From assembly GCA_027484445.1 (NCBI GenBank), contig JAIXSY010000038.1:3915-67914 (forward strand): a DNA stretch of 64,000 nt, read 5' to 3'. Origin of the DNA: Verrucomicrobiaceae bacterium. GTDB taxonomy: Bacteria > Verrucomicrobiota > Verrucomicrobiia > Verrucomicrobiales > Verrucomicrobiaceae. Position numbers and translations under genes: made by a program. Below are positions 37,214-47,000 of the stretch, piece after piece (position 1 is the stretch's first letter; the number at the start of each line of letters is the position of its first letter). Under the pieces are notes generated by a model. It did no database searches. It worked only from the letters and a program-made list of their open reading frames with translations, and was not told where the DNA came from.

Positions 37214-39499
37214 ATGGCACAGGATGAACGGGCGGCGGACAGCACCTGCGAATGGTCGATTTCGGGCATGGACTGCGGGTCCTGTGCCACCAAGATCAAA
37301 GATGCCGTGGCGCGACTTCCGGGCGTGAGCGATGTCAGCGTCACGCTGATGTCCGAAAAGCTGAAGCTGAAACTTGCGGACGGCACGACCGGACGCGACC
37401 GGGTCGAAGAGGTGGTGAAGTCGCTGGGTTACGGCATCGCACCGCGCGGTTCCGCTGCGCCGAAGAAGAAGGGTTTCGTGTTGCCCGAAGCCTCGGCAAA
37501 GGCGCATGACCACGATCACTCCGACGACGATGGCCACGACCATGGGCACGACCATCACCCCAAAGCCGGGCGTGACGATAGCGGTCACGGCAGCCCGGGT
37601 CATGTCCACGATGATCCGGCCGACCGGGGCAAGCGCTGGTTCCAGACCGGCAAGGGCAAGCTTGTGATCTTTACCGCCGTTTTGCTGGGCGCGGCCTGGG
37701 CGGTGGAATTCCTGTTCCCCGGCCTGGTCGGCTACTGGGCCTTTGTCGCCGCTTGCGTGATCGGCGTTGCCCCCGTTGCCCGCCGCGCCTTTGCCGCCGC
37801 GCGGATGGGGCAGGTCTTCACCATCGAAAGCCTGATGACCATTGCCGCCATCGGCGCCTTGTTCATCGGGGCGGCAGAAGAGGCGGCTCTGGTCGTGTTC
37901 CTGTTTGCCGTGGGCGAGGTGCTGGAGGGCGTCGCCGCCAACAAGGCGCGCGACGGCATCCGGGCGCTGGCCAATCTGGTGCCCAAGACGGCCCTGCTGG
38001 TCGAGGGCGACAAGACGCGTGAGGTTGCAGCCGAAACCCTGACGGTCGGCCAGATCGTGCTGGCCCGGCCCGGCGACCGGATTCCGGCGGATGGCGAGAT
38101 TGTCGACGGCAACAGTGGTGTCGATGACAGCCCGGTGACGGGCGAAAGCGTGCCGGTCACCAAAGGGCCGGGGGCAGCGGTCTTTGCCGGGTCGATCAAC
38201 ACCGAGGCCGCCCTGCGCATCCGTGTGACCAAGGCCGCCGAGGACAACACCATTTCCCGCATCATCCGGCTGGTCGAAGAGGCCGAGGAGGCCCGCGCGC
38301 CGACCGAACGCTTCATCGACCGCTTCAGCCGCTGGTACATGCCGCTGATCGTGGTGCTGTCGGCGCTGGTGATCGTGGTGCCGCCGTTGGCCATGGGCCT
38401 GCCCTGGGAGACGTGGATCTACCGCGGCCTGACCCTGCTCCTGATCGGTTGTCCCTGTGCACTGGTGATCTCGGTTCCGGCCTCTATCGCTTCGGCACTA
38501 TCGGCGGGCGCAAAGCGTGGTCTTCTCATGAAAGGCGGCGCGGTTATCGAGGCGGCGGCGAAGGTAACCGCTGTGGCCTTCGACAAGACCGGCACGCTGA
38601 CACATGGCCGCCCTCAGGTGACCGAGGTGGTGCCGACGGGGCCCACCCCCGAGGCAGAGGTGGTGCGCCTTGGGGCGGCGGTCGAAGCTGGATCCAGCCA
38701 TCCTCTGGCGCTTGCAATCCTGAAGCGAGCGGAGGGCATGGCGCTACCAGCTGCCACGGGCTCCAAAGCAATTATGGGCATAGGCGTCACAGCCAAAGTC
38801 GAGGGGCGCGACCTGACGGTCTCCAGTCCGCGTTATGCCGCTGAACGGGGCGCGCTTCAGGGCGACTGGATCCGTCGCGCGACCACGCTGGAGGAAGAAG
38901 GCAAGACTGTCGCCGTGTTGTTCGAGGGCGCCTCGGCGCTTGGGCTCATCGCCATGCGCGACGAGCCGCGAACCGATGCCACGGAGGCCGTCCGCCAGCT
39001 TCGCGCCATGGGCATCACGCCCACGATCCTGACAGGTGACAATCCCCGCACCGCTGCGGCCATTGCGACAAGTCTCGGCACCGAATTCCGCGCCGAGATG
39101 CTGCCTGAGGACAAACTGAGCGTGATCCGCGACATGGGCGCGCGAGGCGGGGTCATGATGGTAGGCGACGGCATCAACGACGCTCCTGCGCTTAAGCAAG
39201 CCACGGTCGGCGTGGCAATGGGCTCGGGCACAGATGTGGCGCTGGAAACTGCCGATGCCGCGATCCTGCGCGACCGGGTCACGGACATCCCGACCAAGAT
39301 CCGACTGGCGCGCGCCACCATGGCCAACATTCGCCAGAACGTGAGCATCGCGCTTGGGCTGAAAGGTGTGTTCCTGGTGACGACTGTGTTCGGTCTGACG
39401 GGGCTTTGGCTGGCGATCCTAGCCGATACCGGTGCCACTGTGTTGGTGACGCTGAACGCCTTGCGCCTTCTGGCCTACAACCCGGAAAAAGGCGCCTGA
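37214..39499 (+). CDS. Heavy-metal P1B-type ATPase (Zn/Cd/Pb, ZntA/CadA-like)
   Basis: GMDCGSC metal-binding domain, His-rich linker, TGES, CPC, DKTGT, GDGINDAP, ILADTG. Confidence 0.95.
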   Translation: MAQDERAADSTCEWSISGMDCGSCATKIKDAVARLPGVSDVSVTLMSEKLKLKLADGTTGRDRVEEVVKSLGYGIAPRGSAAPKKKGFVLPEASAKAHDHDHSDDDGHDHGHDHHPKAGRDDSGHGSPGHVHDDPADRGKRWFQTGKGKLVIFTAVLLGAAWAVEFLFPGLVGYWAFVAACVIGVAPVARRAFAAARMGQVFTIESLMTIAAIGALFIGAAEEAALVVFLFAVGEVLEGVAANKARDGIRALANLVPKTALLVEGDKTREVAAETLTVGQIVLARPGDRIPADGEIVDGNSGVDDSPVTGESVPVTKGPGAAVFAGSINTEAALRIRVTKAAEDNTISRIIRLVEEAEEARAPTERFIDRFSRWYMPLIVVLSALVIVVPPLAMGLPWETWIYRGLTLLLIGCPCALVISVPASIASALSAGAKRGLLMKGGAVIEAAAKVTAVAFDKTGTLTHGRPQVTEVVPTGPTPEAEVVRLGAAVEAGSSHPLALAILKRAEGMALPAATGSKAIMGIGVTAKVEGRDLTVSSPRYAAERGALQGDWIRRATTLEEEGKTVAVLFEGASALGLIAMRDEPRTDATEAVRQLRAMGITPTILTGDNPRTAAAIATSLGTEFRAEMLPEDKLSVIRDMGARGGVMMVGDGINDAPALKQATVGVAMGSGTDVALETADAAILRDRVTDIPTKIRLARATMANIRQNVSIALGLKGVFLVTTVFGLTGLWLAILADTGATVLVTLNALRLLAYNPEKGA

Positions 39500-39501
39500 C
39501 C

Positions 39502-40125
39502 ATGCTGCATGCCTTCGGCTGGGCGGCGCTGATCGTTCTTGGCACCTATCTCTGCCTGTTCTTCTGGGGCGGCACGTTGGCGGCGCGGGCTGCCGGGCGT
39601 GGCATCTGGCTGTTCGGTGCCGCCACCGGGCGCGACCGTTTGGCCGCGTTCGGGTTCAGTCTGGCCTTCGCCCTGTCCTTTGCGGGGCCTTTGCTGTGGT
39701 TGATCGTGCCCGCCTTTCACAAATCCGATCCTGTGTGGACTGAAGGACAGATGACGGCAATTGGCCTCATGGGGCTGGGCCTTGCGGTGGTCGGGGCGAT
39801 GGTTGCCTTTGCGGCGCAGATGTCGATGGGCGCATCCTGGCGCGTGGGTGTGCAGCCGGGCGAAACCGGAGCGCTGGTTCAGGGGGGGCTCTTTCGGTTC
39901 AGCCGCAACCCGACCTTTCTCGGGCAGCTCATCCTGCTGTCAGGCGTGGCTCTTGCTATCCCGGCCCTGCCCACCCTTGCCGGGGCAATCCTGTTCTTCT
40001 GGTCCGCCACCCTACAGATTCAGTCCGAGGAACAGGTGCTGGCCGCCAGCAACGGCGCCGCGTATCAGGCGTTTTGCAGCGCGGTTCCCCGCTGGATCAG
40101 GTTTCCGGGCGGGGGCAGGACATGA
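39502..40125 (+). CDS. Isoprenylcysteine carboxylmethyltransferase/PEMT-family membrane protein
   Basis: AQMSMGASWRVG...LVQGGLFRFSRNPTFLG...EEQVL...Y..FCSAVPRW. Confidence 0.85.
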   Translation: MLHAFGWAALIVLGTYLCLFFWGGTLAARAAGRGIWLFGAATGRDRLAAFGFSLAFALSFAGPLLWLIVPAFHKSDPVWTEGQMTAIGLMGLGLAVVGAMVAFAAQMSMGASWRVGVQPGETGALVQGGLFRFSRNPTFLGQLILLSGVALAIPALPTLAGAILFFWSATLQIQSEEQVLAASNGAAYQAFCSAVPRWIRFPGGGRT

Positions 40126-40598
40126 AGCGCTGGCAACTGGCGCTGATCGGGCTGATGGCCCTTGGCGTGGATCAGGCCACAAAGGCAACTGCACTCGCCT
40201 CGCTTGCGCAAGGAGAGCCGGTTCCGGTCCTGTCCGGTTTCAACCTGACGCTGGGTTTCAACACCGGGGCGAGTTTCGGGATGCTGTCGGGGGTGATGAA
40301 GGAAACGCCTCTGGCCATGGCGGCATTGACCGGCGCCATCACGCTTGTCCTTGTGGTGCTGGCGCTGCGCGCGCGCAGCCCGTGGGAAGCCGCCGGTTTC
40401 GCGCTGGTGGTCGGCGGAAGCCTTGGCAACATCATGGACCGCCTGCGGCAGGGGGTCGTCACGGATTTTCTGGACCTGTACTGGCAGGCTTGGCACTGGC
40501 CAACCTTCAACATGGCGGATGTGGCGATCTTTATCGGGGCTGTCCTGATCCTGGTGTCCGCTTTGCCTGCTTTCCGAAAGACTCACGACCATGCCTGA
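40122..40598 (+). CDS. lspA: Lipoprotein signal peptidase (signal peptidase II)
   Basis: DQATK, NTGASFG, GGSLGNIMDR, VTDF, FNMAD. Confidence 0.93.
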   Translation: MKRWQLALIGLMALGVDQATKATALASLAQGEPVPVLSGFNLTLGFNTGASFGMLSGVMKETPLAMAALTGAITLVLVVLALRARSPWEAAGFALVVGGSLGNIMDRLRQGVVTDFLDLYWQAWHWPTFNMADVAIFIGAVLILVSALPAFRKTHDHA

Positions 40599-41022
40599 TA
40601 CGCTTGCCCCCCGCGCCCAGACCGCTTTGATGCTGGCCTTCCTGATAGCCCTTGGCGCGACGCTCGGCGCCCTCTTCATCGGCGAGGTGCTGGGCCGCAT
40701 GCCCTGCACCCTGTGCTGGTATCAGCGCATCGCCATGTTCCCGCTGGTGGTGATCCTGGGGCTGGCGGCGCTGCGTGACGATACGGGCGCAAGACTGACT
40801 GCCGCCCTTCTGGCGCTGACCGGGCTGGCCGTGGCGATCTGGCATTCCGGCCTTTATGCCGGGATCATCCCGAAGGCGATTGCGCCCTGCACCAAGGATG
40901 GCCCCTCTTGCACCGATGCGGCGGCGCAGACCGTGCTGGGCCTGCCCCTGCCCTATCTGTCGCTTCTGGCCTTTGCCGCCATTCTTGCCTGTCTGACCCA
41001 AGTGAAAGGAAAACGCACATGA
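40591..41022 (+). CDS. DsbB-family disulfide bond formation protein
   Basis: PCTLCWYQR and a second Cys pair. Confidence 0.9.
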   Translation: MPDTLAPRAQTALMLAFLIALGATLGALFIGEVLGRMPCTLCWYQRIAMFPLVVILGLAALRDDTGARLTAALLALTGLAVAIWHSGLYAGIIPKAIAPCTKDGPSCTDAAAQTVLGLPLPYLSLLAFAAILACLTQVKGKRT

Positions 41023-41690
41023 ACCGCCGGACCCTGATGATTGGCGCTTCGGCCCTTGGGGTTGCCGCCTTTGCCGGTGGCGCCCTTTACGTCAACCGCC
41101 AGCGCGCAGCCGAAACCGCGGCCGCTGCCACTGAGGCCGCCACCGCGCCGCCAACCGAAGAAACCTTGCTGATCCGTCCTCACTCTCCGATCCTTGGTCC
41201 GGCCGAAGCGCCCGTCACACTGGTCGAATTCTTCGACCCATCATGCGAGGCCTGCCGCGCTTTTCACCCGGTGGTCGAGGCCTTACGCAAGGAATTCCCG
41301 ACGGAATTGCGCGTCGTGTTGCGCTATACGCCGTTCCACAAGGGATCGGACGAGGCTGTCCGCATTCTGGAAGCTGCGCGGATGCAGAACAAGTTTGAAC
41401 ATGTGCTGAATGCCTTGTTCGAAAAGCAACCAGACTGGGCGCTGCATGACGGGCCGGATATGGAAAAGGCTTGGCGCATTGCCGGGGCCACGGGCATGGA
41501 TCTGGTGAAGGGCAAGACCGACGGCCTGTTTCCCGGCACGACCGCTGTCCTCAATCAGGACATGGCCGACCTGACCGCGCTTGGCATTGAGCAGACCCCC
41601 ACATTCTATCTGGATGGTCGCAAGCTGGTGGACGTCAGCTTCGAAAGCTTGCAAGCCGACATCCGCGCCGCTGCGAAAGCTGCGCCCTGA
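41019..41690 (+). CDS. DsbA-family thioredoxin-fold protein
   Basis: EFFDPSCEACRAF, QTPTF, N-terminal anchor. Confidence 0.88.
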   Translation: MNRRTLMIGASALGVAAFAGGALYVNRQRAAETAAAATEAATAPPTEETLLIRPHSPILGPAEAPVTLVEFFDPSCEACRAFHPVVEALRKEFPTELRVVLRYTPFHKGSDEAVRILEAARMQNKFEHVLNALFEKQPDWALHDGPDMEKAWRIAGATGMDLVKGKTDGLFPGTTAVLNQDMADLTALGIEQTPTFYLDGRKLVDVSFESLQADIRAAAKAAP

Positions 41691-41860
41691 CTTTTGGTCC
41701 GGTCAGCAAAGGCCGCCACGTCTTCTGCTGGCCCTGAGGCTGAGTCCTTTCGTCTGGATCGACGTCGCGGTGTCAGCGACTCAGCCAATGGTCACGGCGC
41801 TGACAGTCATACGCCGTGGCCGGTTTCCGCCGCTCTGCACCAACCTCACCATCCCGTGAC

Positions 41861-41891
41861 TTGAAGCTCCAGTCGCTAGAGGATTTAGACG
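41861..41891 (+). promoter_or_regulatory. MerR-type promoter/operator 2
   Basis: TTGAAG-19 bp-TAGACG, spacer containing CTCCAG-TCG-CTAGAG (2 differences from operator 1). Confidence 0.7.
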
Positions 41892-41913
41892 CGCCGGACA
41901 GGAGACGGCAAGC

Positions 41914-42501
41914 ATGACACGAATCCCGCTATTGCGAAAAATCTTGTGGGGTATGGTCGTTCTGGCGGCCATCGGCGCGGTCGTCGTCCAGTTGCGTCAG
42001 CCCGCCCCCAGGGTCGAGGCCGCCTTTCGACCGGAATTCTCGCTGGCCGATGCTGCCGGCAAGATCCGCACCAATGCCGAGTTTCGCGGCCGCTATTTGC
42101 TTGTGTTCTTCGGCTTTACCAATTGCCCCGATGTCTGCCCGACCACGTTGGCCGAGGTCGCTCAGGTCATGGAGGGTCTGCAAACGCAGGCCGCAAAGGT
42201 GCAGCCCCTGTTCATTTCGGTCGATCCCGAACGTGACCGGCGGTTGGGCCTGACGGAATTCACGGCCGCTTTTCACCCGTCGATCCTTGGGCTTGCGGGG
42301 GATGATGCCGCCACACGGGCCGCCGCCGACAGTTTCAAGATCTTCTTCGAGCGTGAGCCGGATGCCGCCGCGCCCGATGGCTTTACGATGTCGCACAGCC
42401 CCAGGCTTTACTTGATCGGGCCCGAGGGCGACTGGCTGCGCCAGTATGACTACGGCACCCCGGCCACCGAAATTCTTGCTGATCTGAAATCGAGGCTCTA
42501 A
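41914..42501 (+). CDS. SCO/SenC family protein
   Basis: FGFTNCPDVCP and a conserved His (MSHS). Confidence 0.92.
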   Translation: MTRIPLLRKILWGMVVLAAIGAVVVQLRQPAPRVEAAFRPEFSLADAAGKIRTNAEFRGRYLLVFFGFTNCPDVCPTTLAEVAQVMEGLQTQAAKVQPLFISVDPERDRRLGLTEFTAAFHPSILGLAGDDAATRAAADSFKIFFEREPDAAAPDGFTMSHSPRLYLIGPEGDWLRQYDYGTPATEILADLKSRL

Positions 42502-42974
42502 TGCGAAACATTCTTCTTGGTGGCCTGACCCTGGCGCTGTTTGCCGGCGCGGCGCAGGCTTGCGAAACTGTCACGCTTGGCGATTTGTCCATCGGACATG
42601 CCTGGTCGCGCGCCACCATCGGCGAAGGTCGACCGGCTGTCTTCTATGTCGAGATTACCAATGCTGGGGCGGCTGACGATGCCTTGACCGGGATTGCGAC
42701 ACCAGCCGCCACCATGCCGATGCTGCATGAAACCGTGGTCACGGATGGCGTGGCGTCGATGCCCCATGCCATGAGCGTGCCGGTTCTGGCGGGCCAAACC
42801 ACCGAACTGGCCTCCGGCGGCTATCACGGGATGCTGATGGGCCTGACCTCGGCGCTGAAGGAGGGCGACAGCTTTCCCGTCACTCTGACCTTCGCCAAGG
42901 CCGGCGCGGTGACAGTCAATGTCGAGGTGCTGTCGCTGCGTGCCGAGGGGCCGGAATGCGACGACGCCAACTGA
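42501..42974 (+). CDS. Copper chaperone PCu(A)C
   Basis: Signal peptide; HETVVTDGVASM...GYHGML (H-x10-M...H-x-M). Confidence 0.9.
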   Translation: MRNILLGGLTLALFAGAAQACETVTLGDLSIGHAWSRATIGEGRPAVFYVEITNAGAADDALTGIATPAATMPMLHETVVTDGVASMPHAMSVPVLAGQTTELASGGYHGMLMGLTSALKEGDSFPVTLTFAKAGAVTVNVEVLSLRAEGPECDDAN

Positions 42975-43561
42975 TCCTGTCGCTTGCAGGGGTCGCGGTG
43001 GCTGCCGCGGGCACTCTGGCGCTCGGTGCCTGGCGCAGTCGGGTCGTGCCGGACGACAAGCTGCCGCTGCCGCTGACCGCCATGTCCTGGCGCCTGACGG
43101 ACCATCGCGGGCAGGAGGTGACGCCAGCGGCCTGGATCGGTCGCCCCGCCCTGGTGTTCTTCGGCTTCACCTTCTGCCCCGATGTCTGCCCAACCACGCT
43201 GATCGACATTTCGGGTTGGCTGGAGGGGCTTGGCCCGGACGCCGACGGGCTGACCGTCGCCCTGATCACGGTAGACCCCGAGCGGGACACGCCGGAGGTG
43301 CTGGCCGATTACGTCGCGAATTTTGATCCCCGCATCACCGGCCTGACCGGCAGCGCCGCTGACACCGCGCGTGTCGCCGCAGAGTTCCGGGTGCGATACG
43401 AGAAAATCGCGCGCGACGATGATTACACCATGAACCACACCGCCGGTGTCTTCTTGTTCTACCCGGACGGGCGCTTCGCCAGCATCATCGATTTCCACGA
43501 GGACCGCCGCTTCGCCCTGCCGAAGATCCGGCGCATCCTGAGCCAAGGACCCCGCACATGA
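42956..43561 (+). CDS. Second SCO/SenC family protein
   Basis: FGFTFCPDVCP, MNHTAG. Confidence 0.92.
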   Translation: MRRRQLILSLAGVAVAAAGTLALGAWRSRVVPDDKLPLPLTAMSWRLTDHRGQEVTPAAWIGRPALVFFGFTFCPDVCPTTLIDISGWLEGLGPDADGLTVALITVDPERDTPEVLADYVANFDPRITGLTGSAADTARVAAEFRVRYEKIARDDDYTMNHTAGVFLFYPDGRFASIIDFHEDRRFALPKIRRILSQGPRT

Positions 43562-44733
43562 TCCGTCATCAGATCGCCGTTGCCCTGCTTTGCACCTTTG
43601 CGCTGTTTTCCGGCTCTGCCTTCGCCGATCCTCCCATGCGCCATGCGACGATCATGCCTTCGGGCTTCATGACCATCAAAAGCGGCGACACGCTCGATGC
43701 CCTGCTTTCCTCCGCAGGAATCGACGGTAATGACCGGGCCGCAGTGGTGCTGGCCTTGACCGGCGTCTATGAACTTTCTGAACTGAAGCCCGGCCACCGG
43801 ATCGCATGGACGACACGGCCCGGGGCACCGGCAAGCCTGCGTTCTCTGACCCTTTCCGTCGATGATGGCGTAGAGATCGCCCTGACCTTCACAGCCGGTG
43901 TCGCGGTAGAGCGCCGGGATCCAACGATCGTAGCGGTGGATCGTAAGGAAACCCTGACCCTGGATGCGACGCTGTACGAGGCCCTCGTCGCGCGCGATGC
44001 GCCGGAACGGTTCGCGGTCGATCTCGTTGCCCTTCTTGCCGGGCAAGTCGATTTCCGACGCGACCTGCAAGGGGGCGAAACCTTCGCTCTCGCCTGGCAG
44101 GAAGACCGGCTGCCCAATGGGGCAATCGTCGGCGAGCCGCGCCTGCAATACGCGCGCCTGACTCTGAATGGCCGGTCACTGGAGTTGATTGCGACCTCAG
44201 CGGCGGGTCCGATTCTGGTGTTCGAAAACGGCGAGATCGTCCAGAGATCGGCCCCGCCGATCCTGGGGGCGCGGCTGTCTTCGGTCTTTGGCAAGCGCAA
44301 TCATCCCGTGCTGGGCGGGGTCCGAATGCACACCGGCATCGACTTTGCGGCTCCCACGGGAACCGAAGTGACCGCCACCGGGGCGGGACGCGTGGCATTT
44401 GCCGGGACGATCCGAGGTTATGGATTGACGGTGGACATCGACCATGGCGGCGGGGTCGTCACGCGCTATGCCCATCTGTCATCCATCGCAAGGGAGGTGC
44501 AGCCCGGGCAACGCCTGAAGCCCGGCGACGTGGTGGGGGCCGTTGGCGCCACCGGCCTCGTCAGCGGTCCCAACTTGCACTACGAAGTGCGTCTGGATGG
44601 CAAACCCGTCGACCCGATGGACCGCGACGCGGTCCCGGAACAGACAAACGTGTCTGCGGAAGACCTTGCCGCGCTGGACGGCTGGCGAAAGGCCATGGGA
44701 TACCAAGCCAGTCAACAAGGAGTGAAGGGATGA
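43558..44733 (+). CDS. M23-family peptidoglycan endopeptidase (MepM-like)
   Basis: HTGID, YAHL, GPNLHYE. Confidence 0.92.
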   Translation: MIRHQIAVALLCTFALFSGSAFADPPMRHATIMPSGFMTIKSGDTLDALLSSAGIDGNDRAAVVLALTGVYELSELKPGHRIAWTTRPGAPASLRSLTLSVDDGVEIALTFTAGVAVERRDPTIVAVDRKETLTLDATLYEALVARDAPERFAVDLVALLAGQVDFRRDLQGGETFALAWQEDRLPNGAIVGEPRLQYARLTLNGRSLELIATSAAGPILVFENGEIVQRSAPPILGARLSSVFGKRNHPVLGGVRMHTGIDFAAPTGTEVTATGAGRVAFAGTIRGYGLTVDIDHGGGVVTRYAHLSSIAREVQPGQRLKPGDVVGAVGATGLVSGPNLHYEVRLDGKPVDPMDRDAVPEQTNVSAEDLAALDGWRKAMGYQASQQGVKG

Positions 44734-45206
44734 CCATAGAGACCCTGAACCGCCGCAAGGCGCTGATCCTGATGGGAAGTGCCGCCCTGGCGCCGCTTGG
44801 CGCGGCACGGGCGAAAGAACGGCCCGCCATTCATGTCGTCAAGGGAACCGGCTGCGAATGCTGCGAGGCTTGGGTCGCCTATCTGCGCGACCAGGGCTTT
44901 GCCGTAACGGACGAAGAGCGCTTCGGGACCCTGTTGATCGGCTTCAAGACCGGCTTGGGCATCCCGCCTGCCGTCTTCTCTTGCCATACTGGCGTGGTGG
45001 ACGGCTATGCGCTGGAGGGCCATGTTCCCGCCGCCGAGATCGACCGTCTGCTGACCGAAAGACCCGACGCCATCGGGCTCGCCGTTCCGGGCATGCCCTA
45101 TGGGTCGCCCGGCATGGGATCGGAAGACAGCCGCGAGGCCTATGACGTGCTGTTGATCCTGCGCGATGGCTCGACCAGTGTCTTCGCTCAGTATGGAGCG
45201 CTATGA
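44730..45206 (+). CDS. DUF411 (CopG-like) periplasmic metal-binding protein
   Basis: Tat-like RR, GCECC..W, SCHT, EGHVP, AVPGMPYGSPGM. Confidence 0.9.
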   Translation: MTIETLNRRKALILMGSAALAPLGAARAKERPAIHVVKGTGCECCEAWVAYLRDQGFAVTDEERFGTLLIGFKTGLGIPPAVFSCHTGVVDGYALEGHVPAAEIDRLLTERPDAIGLAVPGMPYGSPGMGSEDSREAYDVLLILRDGSTSVFAQYGAL

Positions 45207-45258
45207 GCCCAGCGGTTTCGGGCGGGCTGTGTTCGGCAGCCAAAGAAGACGGCCGAGG

Positions 45259-45684
45259 TCAGGCGACCCCCAGCACCGCCGCCGCCAGCAGGACATACCG
45301 CCCGCCCTTGGCAATCGTCACCAGACACAGGAACCGCCAAAGGGGCTCACGCAGGGCGCCGGCGGCCAGTGTCAGCGGGTCGCCGATCAGCGGCACCCAG
45401 GCGGCAAGAAGGCTCCAGTAGCCCCACCGGCGATACCAGTCAGACACCTGCGCCAGGCGCATCGGTGAAACTGGGAACCAGCGCCGACCGGAAAGTTCCG
45501 CCGCGCCTCGGCCCAAGAGCCAGTTGACGACCGACCCCAGAACATTGCCCGTAGTCGCGACGGCCAGCACCGCCCAGACCGGATGACTGCCCGACCCGAC
45601 CATGACGGCCAGCACAAGCTCGGACTGCGCCGGGATCAGCGTCGCCGCCAGAAAGGCGGCAAGAAACAGACCGGAAAGCGCCAT
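45259..45684 (-). CDS. YqaA-family (DedA-superfamily) membrane protein
   Basis: FLAATLIPAQSE, GNVLGS..NW.LGR, IGDPLT..AG. Confidence 0.88.
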   Translation of the reverse strand: MALSGLFLAAFLAATLIPAQSELVLAVMVGSGSHPVWAVLAVATTGNVLGSVVNWLLGRGAAELSGRRWFPVSPMRLAQVSDWYRRWGYWSLLAAWVPLIGDPLTLAAGALREPLWRFLCLVTIAKGGRYVLLAAAVLGVA

Positions 45685-45691
45685 CTACGTC

Positions 45692-46999
45692 TTACGCCAC
45701 GCGCGGCCAGCGGCGATGCAGGTCATCGATGACGATGGCATGGGTGTGGGTGGGGCCGTGCCCGGTCAGATGCGGGTGGTCAGGAGGCAAGTCCGGGTGG
45801 TCATGCGGCAGGATGGCCTCGTCACGGGCAGGCCAGAGGTTCAGGACCGCGACCAGACCTGCCGCCCCCACCCCGGCCAAGACCAGCGCCGCCACCGACA
45901 GCCCCGCCCCGGCGCCGATCCAGCCCGCCAGTGGATAGGTCACAAGCCAGCAAGCGTGGCTCAGCGCAAATTGCGCGGCAAAGACCGCGCCCCGGTCCGC
46001 CTCATGGGCCGAGCGGTTGATGATCCGCCCGATGGGGGTCTGGGTCAGCGAGAAGCCAAAGCCGATCAACGCCCAAAGGGCGATCAGCGCGGCAAGGCTG
46101 CCGACCAGTGGCACCAGCGCCACGCCCGCGACCATCAAGGCGGCGCCGCCGATCATCACCGGGCGGTCGGCAAGCCGCCCGAGGATGCGCGGCAGAAGGA
46201 AGGCCGCCAGCATCGACCCCGCACCAAAGCCCGCGAAGGCCAGCGCCACGGATTCCTCGCCCAACCCCAGTCGGGCTTGCACCAGGACCACGGTGTTGAC
46301 ATATACCATCGCCCCAGCGGCAGCGACTGCGGCCTCCATCACCATCAGCCCGCGCAGGCGCGGCGTTCGGGTATAAATTCGGACGCCCTTTGTGACATCG
46401 GCCCAGAAATGGCCGGGCTCGCCCCTGGCCCGCGCCGGAAGGCGCGCCGTTACCACCAGAAGCGCCGAGCCGATGAACCCCGCTACGGTTCCCGCGAACA
46501 GCACCGGAAAGCTGACCACAGTCAGCAGCGCCGCAGCGAGGATGGGAGAGGCGAGCTGCTCCAGATCCTCGGCCAGCCGCAGAAGGGAAAGGGCGTTGGT
46601 ATAGTCGTCCTCGTCCTTCAGCACGTCGGGGATCACCGCCTGGAAGGCTGGCGTGAACCCGGCCGAGGCGGCCTGAAGGAAGAAGATCAGCAGATAGACC
46701 TGCCAGATCTGATCCACGAAGGGTAGGAAGGCGATCACCCCCGCCCGGATCACGTCCAAGGCCACAAGGAAAGCCCGGCGCGGCAGGCGTTCGGCGATGG
46801 CCGCCGCCACGGGCGCCAGCGTCACATAGGCCACCATCTTGATCGCCAGCGCCGTGCCAAGGACCGCGCCCGCGTCTTTACCTGCAAGGTGCCAGGCCAG
46901 AAGGCCAAGCGCCACGGTGGCAAGGCCGGTGCCGACCAGCGCCACGATCTGCGCGGCAAAGAGATGGCGGAAGGTCGGGTTCTTCAGTGTGGAGAACAT
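45692..46999 (-). CDS. nreB: NreB-like nickel/cobalt efflux MFS transporter
   Basis: TGLATVALGLLA, AFQAVIPDVL, AQFALSHACW and a His-rich C-terminus. Confidence 0.85.
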   Translation of the reverse strand: MFSTLKNPTFRHLFAAQIVALVGTGLATVALGLLAWHLAGKDAGAVLGTALAIKMVAYVTLAPVAAAIAERLPRRAFLVALDVIRAGVIAFLPFVDQIWQVYLLIFFLQAASAGFTPAFQAVIPDVLKDEDDYTNALSLLRLAEDLEQLASPILAAALLTVVSFPVLFAGTVAGFIGSALLVVTARLPARARGEPGHFWADVTKGVRIYTRTPRLRGLMVMEAAVAAAGAMVYVNTVVLVQARLGLGEESVALAFAGFGAGSMLAAFLLPRILGRLADRPVMIGGAALMVAGVALVPLVGSLAALIALWALIGFGFSLTQTPIGRIINRSAHEADRGAVFAAQFALSHACWLVTYPLAGWIGAGAGLSVAALVLAGVGAAGLVAVLNLWPARDEAILPHDHPDLPPDHPHLTGHGPTHTHAIVIDDLHRRWPRVA

Positions 47000-47000
47000 T

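Noticed and set aside
37500-37620. Repetitive CACGAC/CATGAC stretch
   Set aside because: Explained by the His/Asp-rich linker of the P1B ATPase.
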